A stretch of DNA of 20,000 nt from an uncultured virus (IMG/VR IMGVR_UViG_3300047480_000789) (taxonomy: Duplodnaviria > Heunggongvirae > Uroviricota > Caudoviricetes): IMG/VR virus record IMGVR_UViG_3300047480_000789, one strand, 5' to 3'. Made by a program: the position numbers and the translations under genes. The notes beneath the pieces are model-generated. The model was not told the DNA's origin and did no database searches. It worked only from the letters and a program-made list of their open reading frames with translations. This document shows positions 9,424 through 16,811 of this stretch, one piece after another. Position 1 is the stretch's first letter. Every line of letters starts with the position of its first letter.

Positions 9424-10113
9424 TTAGTTTTGGTCTTTAAATTTAAAACCTAAATTTTTGAATTTCATAAACTCAGGCATTTTATTTTTTTTATCACCCT
9501 CTTCACCCAATGCTTTAGGTTTTGGTGTGTGCTTCGGCTCAAAAGGATTTTCTCTTTTTGGTTTACCTGGTTTTGTTGTTGGTTTTTCTCTAACAGGGGT
9601 ATCAGTATCAGGTTTTGAAGGTTCCCCCTTGTTTTCGGTTATTTTAACTTTAATGAGTTCCATAATTTCATTTTTTGAAGTGAAACTATGAAATTTTTCA
9701 TTTTCAACCAAACCTTTTATCCATTTTTTTATTTGACTTTCCTTTAACTTTTTCGAATCCATAAATTCAGGAATATTATTATGACCCTTAGTGATTTTTT
9801 TACCAAAGCTAGGAGATTCTTCTAAATGTGAATGATCACATTTACAATTTTTAATTGTTTTACCACAATCTTCACATTTTTTAACATCATCATTTTTCTT
9901 TTCTCTCAATTCAACATTAAGACCTTGATCTGTTAATTTTTTAACGTCATTTGGGTTTGAAGTTACTTTTGACATAACAACACTACCCTTTTTTACTTGT
10001 TCACTTAACATTCTTTCCGCTAAATTCACAAGTTGTTTATCGTTTAATTTAACTAATGTTTTTTCTGATAAACCCTCGGCAATCAATTTACCTACTATAA
10101 CGTCTCTTTTCAT
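9424..10113 (-). CDS. Hypothetical protein (229 aa) with Cys cluster and Pro/Lys-rich tail
   Basis: CEDC...CKC..H cluster; repeated PEFM motif; ATGA overlap with upstream gene. Confidence 0.75.
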   Translation of the reverse strand: MKRDVIVGKLIAEGLSEKTLVKLNDKQLVNLAERMLSEQVKKGSVVMSKVTSNPNDVKKLTDQGLNVELREKKNDDVKKCEDCGKTIKNCKCDHSHLEESPSFGKKITKGHNNIPEFMDSKKLKESQIKKWIKGLVENEKFHSFTSKNEIMELIKVKITENKGEPSKPDTDTPVREKPTTKPGKPKRENPFEPKHTPKPKALGEEGDKKNKMPEFMKFKNLGFKFKDQN

Positions 10114-10511
10114 ATATTCTTGAATTTTATTTCTTCATTTAAAAGAATGTAACTTCTTTGTTTTAATTTTTTAGTGACACTTTCAATAGACTCACCAAAT
10201 TTAAAAGTAAGTCTTTCATTTTCAGATTCAAAATCAAACTTCTCCCAAGCCATTGCAATTACACCATCTACAGCATCAATAACTCCGAAATAATCGGAGT
10301 TTTGAATAAGTTCTAATTGTAAATCTGTATTTTTTAAAAGTCCCACTAAATCAATATATTCAATATCTGGTGATTTTGGTTCTACACTTAAAGATGCTGG
10401 AACCTTGAACCATACGTCCATATCTATTTCAGTACTATTGCTGAATATAAATTCGTATTGTTTTTGTCCTTTGTAATCTTCACCGATTTCATTGACATAT
10501 ATCAAATGCAT
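10110..10511 (-). CDS. Hypothetical protein (133 aa)
   Basis: Overlaps both neighbours (TAATG and ATGA coupling). Confidence 0.8.
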   Translation of the reverse strand: MHLIYVNEIGEDYKGQKQYEFIFSNSTEIDMDVWFKVPASLSVEPKSPDIEYIDLVGLLKNTDLQLELIQNSDYFGVIDAVDGVIAMAWEKFDFESENERLTFKFGESIESVTKKLKQRSYILLNEEIKFKNI

Positions 10512-11521
10512 TAGTTGAAATGTTTACTTAAAATCTCGTTTGTCATTTTATTGATTTCATCCTTAATTTCATCCAAATCAAGTTCTTTTATTTCATCTTC
10601 GTCATTTACCGATTCAGATGAAACCTCTTCGTCAGTCTCTTTAATTGAATACTTACTTAAGTTAATTTCATCAGTGTCCATTGGAGTACTAATAAATTCT
10701 TCCAATGCATTAATTCCCACATATTCATCAATATCAGATTCAGGTTCATCAGCCGGCTCTTCAGAAGGAAGTTCATTTGGTACATCTTGACTACCTTTTT
10801 CATCTTCTTCTCTTTCGAATTTTTTACCGATTTCTTCGATATCTTCGTCATCTAATTTATCCAAATCGACAGCGGAGATTATCATATTTAAAATGTATTT
10901 AATATCATCACTCTCCATCTTATCTTGTAAATCTCTCAATTCCTGACCTAATTTACCTGCATATTTTTGTGCCTCGGCCATATATGACGATCTTTTACCT
11001 TCATCTTCACCACCTTCTTGAGATATTGAGTCTGATGGTACATCTGACGGTAAATCATTACCAATTGACGTGTCATCACTCATATCAGGCACCTCCTCAC
11101 CTGAATCGTCAGGTGTTGGTACAGGTGGTAAATCCATTGATGGTTCCGCAATTGGAGCTTCCGCTTGTGGCTTAGTTTGTTTTAAAACATACTTTGTGGC
11201 TTCTTGTAATTCTTCTTGACCTTTTAACAATTCAAGTCTTTTATAAGCTTCAGCGTACGACGAGAATTTGTTTTTATTCTTCATAAACATACCACCAATA
11301 TAATCTAATGATGATTCATTTAAACCTCTTTTAACGTAGTATCCGTCTTTTTCTTTTACTACACCATAAACTCCACCTGTTTTAGATTCTTTCACTAATT
11401 CAGTTGTTTTTGAGGAATTACTTTTATTATTGTTGTTTTTAAAGTAAGTAAGTTCAAGGATTCTTTTTAATTTGTCGTCCCCATTTAATTTCTCACTACC
11501 TAGTGGTTTTAAATCTCCCAT
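10511..11521 (-). CDS. Hypothetical acidic protein (336 aa), possible head-associated protein
   Basis: First gene after a TATTTATA motif; acidic linkers; LNES, LQEA, VKES motifs. Confidence 0.8.
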   Translation of the reverse strand: MGDLKPLGSEKLNGDDKLKRILELTYFKNNNNKSNSSKTTELVKESKTGGVYGVVKEKDGYYVKRGLNESSLDYIGGMFMKNKNKFSSYAEAYKRLELLKGQEELQEATKYVLKQTKPQAEAPIAEPSMDLPPVPTPDDSGEEVPDMSDDTSIGNDLPSDVPSDSISQEGGEDEGKRSSYMAEAQKYAGKLGQELRDLQDKMESDDIKYILNMIISAVDLDKLDDEDIEEIGKKFEREEDEKGSQDVPNELPSEEPADEPESDIDEYVGINALEEFISTPMDTDEINLSKYSIKETDEEVSSESVNDEDEIKELDLDEIKDEINKMTNEILSKHFN

Positions 11522-11556
11522 TTTATAATTTTGTTAAGATATACTTATTCTTATCC

Positions 11557-11564
11557 TATAAATA
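11557..11564 (-). promoter_or_regulatory. TATTTATA motif upstream of four-gene operon
   Basis: 35 nt before ATG at 11521. Confidence 0.55.
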
Positions 11565-11592
11565 CATTGATATATAGAAAAAATAAGGTTCT

Positions 11593-12366
11593 TTATTGTG
11601 TTATAGACAATTTCCTGTCTACGATGTCCGTTTTAAGCTTTAATAACTTTCCAATATAATTATTCCTTCTTAATAATTTAAATGTAAGGTTTTCATATGA
11701 ATATTCACCACCCGAATCTAAACCACTTTGTCTGAATTTTTTAAGTTTCTTTCTCAAGTCATCAATTTTAGTTAACACATCAACACCTTTATTTGACAAT
11801 TCAATTAATTTATCAATTTTATCTCCGTATTCAAGACCCTTCTCAATGATAAGTCTATCATCAATATTCGGTTGATTTTTTTCAGGTTTTATTAACCATT
11901 GATTGTTAAGTATAGAGTAAACTCCCGATGAAATATGATCTTCGTCCACATCTTGAACATAAACCTCAACATCATATCCTTTAATGGTGATATTGTGTGT
12001 TTCATTCCAAACATTCTTTTTTGCATCAAAAAACTCTTTCACAATTTTATTTACACCCGTAAGTTTTTTATCAACAATTTCGTCAAAATCAATAAGAATA
12101 TGTAAATCTACGTCAGAAAAATTAGACCAATTGTAATTTGCTAATGAACCGGTTAATACTATGTCGTGTATAAAGAATTCCACCCCTAACGAATCGATAA
12201 AATTATCCGATATTTCTATTAATTTTTTTCTAATATCCTCGTGCATTTTAAATTCATCCCCTTCAACATCAAATATTTGATTAGAAAGGGAGTCTTTAGA
12301 TTTAAAAGATTTAACGATTTTATCGTCCAATTCTTTATCTTCAATCAATTCTTCAAATAAACTCAT
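11593..12366 (-). CDS. Nucleotidyltransferase, DNA polymerase beta superfamily
   Basis: hG-S-x9-D-x-D signature LTGSLANYNWSNFSDVDLHILID; further acidic strand DVEVYVQD. Confidence 0.85.
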   Translation of the reverse strand: MSLFEELIEDKELDDKIVKSFKSKDSLSNQIFDVEGDEFKMHEDIRKKLIEISDNFIDSLGVEFFIHDIVLTGSLANYNWSNFSDVDLHILIDFDEIVDKKLTGVNKIVKEFFDAKKNVWNETHNITIKGYDVEVYVQDVDEDHISSGVYSILNNQWLIKPEKNQPNIDDRLIIEKGLEYGDKIDKLIELSNKGVDVLTKIDDLRKKLKKFRQSGLDSGGEYSYENLTFKLLRRNNYIGKLLKLKTDIVDRKLSITQ

Positions 12367-12608
12367 TATAATTTCTTATAGTTATGACTTCTAGCGATAT
12401 TTTCGTTGAAGTGTTTTCCTTGAGATTCGGACATTCTGAATTTAGTGAACTTATTCCAAGGAACTTTATTATATTCATAAATACTCCCATTGTTGAAAGT
12501 CACCGTTAAATCCTCTGTTTCGGTATTGTATGTTGCTTCTTTTAAATTAGAAGATTGGATGGTGACAGTTATTAGTTTACCATCAATTTTTTCTGATATG
12601 ATTCCCAT
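12366..12608 (-). CDS. KTSC domain protein
   Basis: SSNL....Y......L.VTF.NG.IYEY..VP...F..F..SESQGKHFNENI matches the KTSC pattern. Confidence 0.9.
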   Translation of the reverse strand: MGIISEKIDGKLITVTIQSSNLKEATYNTETEDLTVTFNNGSIYEYNKVPWNKFTKFRMSESQGKHFNENIARSHNYKKL

Positions 12609-12650
12609 AATATTTTATTTATACTATATTATACACAATAAATTTTAAAT

Positions 12651-12675
12651 AAAAAACCCCGAAAAATCGGGGTTT
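12651..12675 (-). terminator. Intrinsic terminator after hsp20
   Basis: AAACCCCGA-aaaa-TCGGGGTTT hairpin with 6 U on the minus strand, 3 nt from the hsp20 stop. Confidence 0.85.
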
Positions 12676-12678
12676 GTA

Positions 12679-13035
12679 TTAATTTAATGAGACTAAACGC
12701 TCGATTGATTTTTTCCTATCAATCGGAAGGACTAACTCTAAAATACCGTTTTCTACTTTTCCTTCGATATCTCGTTCTTTAACGTCCTCAGGAATGTCAT
12801 ATGACTTGACAAAACTATCGACAAAATAATATGATTTATCACTTTCAGTTTTATCAAATGAAATCTTCAACACCCCTTCTTTGGTGGTAATTTTTATATC
12901 CTCCTTAGTTAAGCCAGGAATACTTATCGAAACCTTATATTCGGTTTCACTTTTCATAATTTTAGTTTCAGGAGTTGATAGAAATCTGTTTCCGTCAAAA
13001 CTCTTAAAAAATGGATCGTTAAATAATGTTATCAT
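12679..13035 (-). CDS. Small heat shock protein (Hsp20/alpha-crystallin)
   Basis: IPGLTKEDIKI, F.KSY.IPEDV...I.GKVENGILELVLP and C-terminal V-x-L-type motif. Confidence 0.92.
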   Translation of the reverse strand: MITLFNDPFFKSFDGNRFLSTPETKIMKSETEYKVSISIPGLTKEDIKITTKEGVLKISFDKTESDKSYYFVDSFVKSYDIPEDVKERDIEGKVENGILELVLPIDRKKSIERLVSLN

Positions 13036-13077
13036 AGTTTTGTGTTTTTTTGATTTATATTTTACAAATTGTAAACC

Positions 13078-13134
13078 AAATGTCTAAAACTGACATTTAG
13101 ACATTTGTTAGATATTTTTTTAGACATTTTGTCT
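13078..13134. repeat. TTAGACATTT direct/inverted repeat array between hsp20 and clpC
   Basis: Direct copies at 13097-13106, 13108-13117 (1 mismatch) and 13120-13129; inverted copy at 13078-13087; partial TGACATTT at 13091-13098; AGACA-ttt-TGTCT at 13122-13134. Confidence 0.75.
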
Positions 13135-13138
13135 TTTA

Positions 13139-13170
13139 TTTGTTTTTTAGAATGAAAAATGTTATGTTTG
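13139..13170 (+). promoter_or_regulatory. Bacteroidota primary-sigma promoter for clpC
   Basis: TTTG (13139-13142), 20-nt spacer, TATGTTTG (13163-13170): exact match to the -33/-7 consensus TTTG-N19-21-TAnnTTTG. Confidence 0.7.
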
Positions 13171-13192
13171 TATTCAACTAAACTTATGTAAA

Positions 13193-15211
13193 ATGTCTGT
13201 AGATTTTTTTGAAGAAGGACCAACCACAAATCCTAAAAAAGTAAGAAAAGGGTCTAACACCCCAATTCTTGATAATTTTTCTCGTGACCTTATTAAAATG
13301 GCCGAGGAAGGTAAAATTGACCCTGTTGTTGGTAGGGACAAGGAGGTAAAAAGAATTGCTCAGATTCTTTCTCGAAAAAAGAAAAATAATGCCGTAATTG
13401 TTGGTGATGCTGGTGTTGGTAAATCAGCATTGGTTGAAAAATTAGCAATTATGATTTATAAAGGTGAATGTCCATCTAATTTGTTAGATAAAAGAGTTAT
13501 GTCTCTTGATTTAACTTCATTAGTTGCGGGTACAAAATACCGAGGTCAATTTGAGGAAAGAATTAAAGCAATTTTAAATGAATTACAAGAAAATCCAAAT
13601 GTAATTGTTTTCATCGATGAATTACATACAATGGTGGGTGCGGGTAATGCAAGTGGTGCAATGGATGCGGCTAATATCCTTAAACCCGCCTTAGCTCGTG
13701 GAGAAATTCAATGTATCGGTGCAACCACATTTGACGAATTTAAAAAACACATTGAAAAAGATGCCGCGTTAGTTAGACGTTTTCAAAAGGTGATATTAAA
13801 AGAACCAACACAAGAAGAGACAGTTGAAATCTTACGTAATTTACAAGAATCATATCAAGAGTATCATAAAGTATCATATGATGAGGGTGTTATTGAATCG
13901 ATAGTAAAACTTTCACATCGTTATATTACGGATAGACAATTTCCTGATAAGGCAATTGATGTATTAGACGAATTAGGTTCAGAAAAACGAGTATCGAGTC
14001 GAACACCTGAATCGATTGAAAAATTAAAACGTGAAGTTGACGAAATTAAGGAGAAAAAAATACAAGTCGTAAAAAATCAAAATTATGAACAAGCGGCAAA
14101 ACTTCGTGATGAAGAAAAGAAAGTAATTACCAAACTTGAAGATGAAAAATTAAAATGGGTCGATAAACAAAAGAATAATAAAACACCTGTTAGTGTCAGT
14201 GATGTTTACGATATCATTTCTGATATGACAGGGGTACCTATTACAAAATTAGACACTAAAGAAACTCAAAAGTTATTGAAATTAGAGTCTATTTTATCTA
14301 CTAAAGTTATCGGTCAAAATGAAGCAATCACTTCTATTTCAAAATCAATTAGAAGAAATCGAGTTGGTATAAAAGACGGTAATAAACCAATTGGTTCATT
14401 TATCTTCATTGGTTCTACCGGTGTTGGTAAAACATTTTTAGCGAAATCAATTGCGGATATTTTATTTGGGGATTCAGAAAAAATTATTCGTGTAGATATG
14501 AGTGAATTTATGGAGAAACATAATGTATCTAAATTGATTGGTTCCCCTCCAGGTTATGTTGGTTATGACGAGGGAGGACAATTAACTGAAAAAGTTAAAA
14601 ACAATCCATTTTCAGTAATTTTATTTGACGAGATTGAAAAGGCACATAAAGACGTTTTCAATTTATTATTACAAATTTTAGATGAGGGTCATTTGACTGA
14701 TTCGTTTGGTAGAAAAGTAAACTTTACCAATACAATCATTATTATGACATCTAATATTGGGGCAAAACGAGTTTCCGAATTTGGGGGAGGAGTTGGATTC
14801 TCAACTTCATCAAGCGAACAACAAAAGTATGAAGTCAAAAAAACGATGATTCAGAAATCATTAAAACAACAATTTAATCCTGAATTTTTAAATCGTATTG
14901 ATGATGTTATTTTGTTTAATTCGTTAGATACTGAAACACTTAAAAAAATAATCACAATTGAAATGAGTAAACTAAATTCTCGTTTAATTGACAAGAATTA
15001 TAAAATTACCTTTGATAAAACAGTTATTAATAGAATATTCGAATTGAATAGTCAAGAAGAATATGGGGCTCGTCCACTTAAACGAATTATCCAAAATCTT
15101 TGCGAAGACTTTTTAAGTGAAGAAATATTAAAAGGTAATATTGTTGAAAATCAACTATATACCATCAAATATAAAAACGACGAATTAACGATTATTAAAA
15201 ATTCTAAGTAG
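13193..15211 (+). CDS. clpC: ClpC-like AAA+ unfoldase lacking the N-terminal domain
   Basis: Two AAA+ modules (GDAGVGKS/VFIDE/KYRG and GSTGVGKT/LFDEIEKAH/GYVG), UVR-type middle domain (QNYEQAAKLRD), ClpP-docking loop GGGVGF. Confidence 0.92.
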   Translation: MSVDFFEEGPTTNPKKVRKGSNTPILDNFSRDLIKMAEEGKIDPVVGRDKEVKRIAQILSRKKKNNAVIVGDAGVGKSALVEKLAIMIYKGECPSNLLDKRVMSLDLTSLVAGTKYRGQFEERIKAILNELQENPNVIVFIDELHTMVGAGNASGAMDAANILKPALARGEIQCIGATTFDEFKKHIEKDAALVRRFQKVILKEPTQEETVEILRNLQESYQEYHKVSYDEGVIESIVKLSHRYITDRQFPDKAIDVLDELGSEKRVSSRTPESIEKLKREVDEIKEKKIQVVKNQNYEQAAKLRDEEKKVITKLEDEKLKWVDKQKNNKTPVSVSDVYDIISDMTGVPITKLDTKETQKLLKLESILSTKVIGQNEAITSISKSIRRNRVGIKDGNKPIGSFIFIGSTGVGKTFLAKSIADILFGDSEKIIRVDMSEFMEKHNVSKLIGSPPGYVGYDEGGQLTEKVKNNPFSVILFDEIEKAHKDVFNLLLQILDEGHLTDSFGRKVNFTNTIIIMTSNIGAKRVSEFGGGVGFSTSSSEQQKYEVKKTMIQKSLKQQFNPEFLNRIDDVILFNSLDTETLKKIITIEMSKLNSRLIDKNYKITFDKTVINRIFELNSQEEYGARPLKRIIQNLCEDFLSEEILKGNIVENQLYTIKYKNDELTIIKNSK

Positions 15212-15876
15212 TGAATAGTAAAAGAAATCTTTGGGTATTTGGTGATTCATTTTCGGTTCCTTTTAAAAAAATTGAAAATGAACATCCTTATGTCCCTTAC
15301 AAAGGATATTGCCCAAAGATTTTTTCGAATATTTTATCCGAAGAATTGGATTTAAACTTAATGGATATGTCAATGGGTGGATGTTCAAATCAATCGATAT
15401 TCCACACCTATATAAAAAACATTAATAAGATAAATGATAATGATATTGTCATTTTTGGTTGGACTCAACCAATTAGATTTAGAATTGCATCTAAACGTAA
15501 TGATTTTTATGATGTAATAATTGCGGTTGCACCTTATATGAGGGAATTTATCGACATATCAATAGATACGTTAAATGAAATAACAATTAATAGATTAACA
15601 TACTCAATCGTTTGGGACGAACTAATCGATTACATTAACATAATAGGTAAGTCATCACCCGGATCTCAAATTTTTCATTGGACGTGGGTTGAACCAACAA
15701 ATAATATCGGTGTCGACATATACGAACGTAACTTCTTTGAATTATTATTACCCTTCAAAAAGTACAAAACTGTAAAAGAAGAAACTAATGGTGATGTGGA
15801 CGATTTTCACTATGGTGAAATTGGTCATCGTGAATTGGCCAATGATTTATTGATTGAAATTAAAAAAATGTCATAA
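15211..15876 (+). CDS. SGNH/GDSL hydrolase-like protein
   Basis: Block I VFGDSFS, block II GGCSN, C-terminal DxH (DDFHYGEIGH); GTG start overlaps the clpC stop. Confidence 0.7.
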   Translation: MNSKRNLWVFGDSFSVPFKKIENEHPYVPYKGYCPKIFSNILSEELDLNLMDMSMGGCSNQSIFHTYIKNINKINDNDIVIFGWTQPIRFRIASKRNDFYDVIIAVAPYMREFIDISIDTLNEITINRLTYSIVWDELIDYINIIGKSSPGSQIFHWTWVEPTNNIGVDIYERNFFELLLPFKKYKTVKEETNGDVDDFHYGEIGHRELANDLLIEIKKMS

Positions 15877-15990
15877 ATACTTTACTTTTTGTTAAAAATA
15901 TATATATTTATATTCTCAGAGGTTCTCTTTGTCGATTACCTTTTCGTTTTTTTTCATAAGTAAGTGAAGTTGAATTCACCGAAAGACCTT

Positions 15991-16018
15991 AAAACCCCGA
16001 CAAATCGTTGGGGTTTTT
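15991..16018 (+). terminator. Intrinsic terminator
   Basis: AAAACCCCGAC-aaatc-GTTGGGGTTTTT. Confidence 0.8.
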
Positions 16019-16025
16019 ACTGCAT

Positions 16026-16056
16026 TTTGTTTTCTCAAAATTATTTAGTATATTTA
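16026..16056 (+). promoter_or_regulatory. Possible Bacteroidota-type promoter for the lipoprotein
   Basis: TTTG-N19-TATATTTA (one mismatch to TAnnTTTG). Confidence 0.4.
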
Positions 16057-16062
16057 CTTTAT

Positions 16063-16278
16063 ATGAAAAAAGTAACATTTATTTTGACCATTGGTGTATT
16101 ATTTACATTGATGTCTTGTGGTTCAGAGTCTACCACAACTCAAACAACTGACTCCACTACAGTTCAATCTGACACCACCACGGTATCGACTGATTCTACA
16201 GTATCGGGAGTACCGGTAGAAGCAACTGAATTACATTCAGATGTAGAAAACCCAACTTCTAATCAAGAAGTAAAATAA
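16063..16278 (+). CDS. Small Thr/Ser/Asp-rich lipoprotein (71 aa)
   Basis: From ATG 16063: MKKVTFILTIGVLFTLMS-CGSESTTTQTTDSTTV...; type II signal peptide with lipobox LMSC. The longer track start crosses a terminator. Confidence 0.8.
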   Translation: MKKVTFILTIGVLFTLMSCGSESTTTQTTDSTTVQSDTTTVSTDSTVSGVPVEATELHSDVENPTSNQEVK

Positions 16279-16284
16279 GAATTT

Positions 16285-16313
16285 GGGTCGGTTAATCCGA
16301 CCCTATTTTCTTT
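16285..16313 (+). terminator. Intrinsic terminator after lipoprotein gene
   Basis: GGGTCGG-ttaat-CCGACCC followed by a T-rich tract. Confidence 0.75.
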
Positions 16314-16331
16314 TCATTTAAATTTAAAGTA

Positions 16332-16754
16332 ATGGAAAATGTATTTACAGGAGATTTAATTTTATTAAGAGGTGTGCCTGGTTCAGGTAAAACCACATTA
16401 GCAAATGTTATTTTACAACAACCAAATAATAATCCACAAGAAGTTTTGTCTGCGGATGATTTTTTTATAAATAAAGAAGGTGAATATATTTTTGAACCTT
16501 CAAAAATAAAAGAAGCACATAACTATTGTCAATTTAGATGTTCTGAAAGGATGAGACAGGGAATTGGTAGAATAGTCATTGCAAATACGTTCACACAAGA
16601 ATGGGAAATGAAAACTTATTTTGATATGGCCGAAAGATATAATTATAGAGTCCATACGGTTGTCGTTGAAAATAGACACGGTAATAATAATGTTCACGGC
16701 GTTCCCGATTTAAAACTTCAACAAATGAAAGATAGATTTGAAATCAAATTGTAA
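16332..16754 (+). CDS. P-loop polynucleotide kinase-like protein (AAA_33/N4BP2-like)
   Basis: LILLRGVPGSGKTT Walker A, SADDFF, EAH..CQ, NTF...WEM and NVHGVP motifs; no fused phosphatase domain. Confidence 0.85.
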   Translation: MENVFTGDLILLRGVPGSGKTTLANVILQQPNNNPQEVLSADDFFINKEGEYIFEPSKIKEAHNYCQFRCSERMRQGIGRIVIANTFTQEWEMKTYFDMAERYNYRVHTVVVENRHGNNNVHGVPDLKLQQMKDRFEIKL

Positions 16755-16811
16755 ACGGATAATTTTATTTTAAAATCAACTCAATCATAAAAAAAACACT
16801 AATCAAATATT

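Noticed and set aside
13078..13134. Repeat array as a mini-CRISPR
   Set aside because: 10-bp units separated by 1-2 nt, with no spacers of CRISPR length.
15964..16062. Upstream GTG start for the lipoprotein
   Set aside because: It crosses a terminator; the signal peptide begins at ATG 16063.
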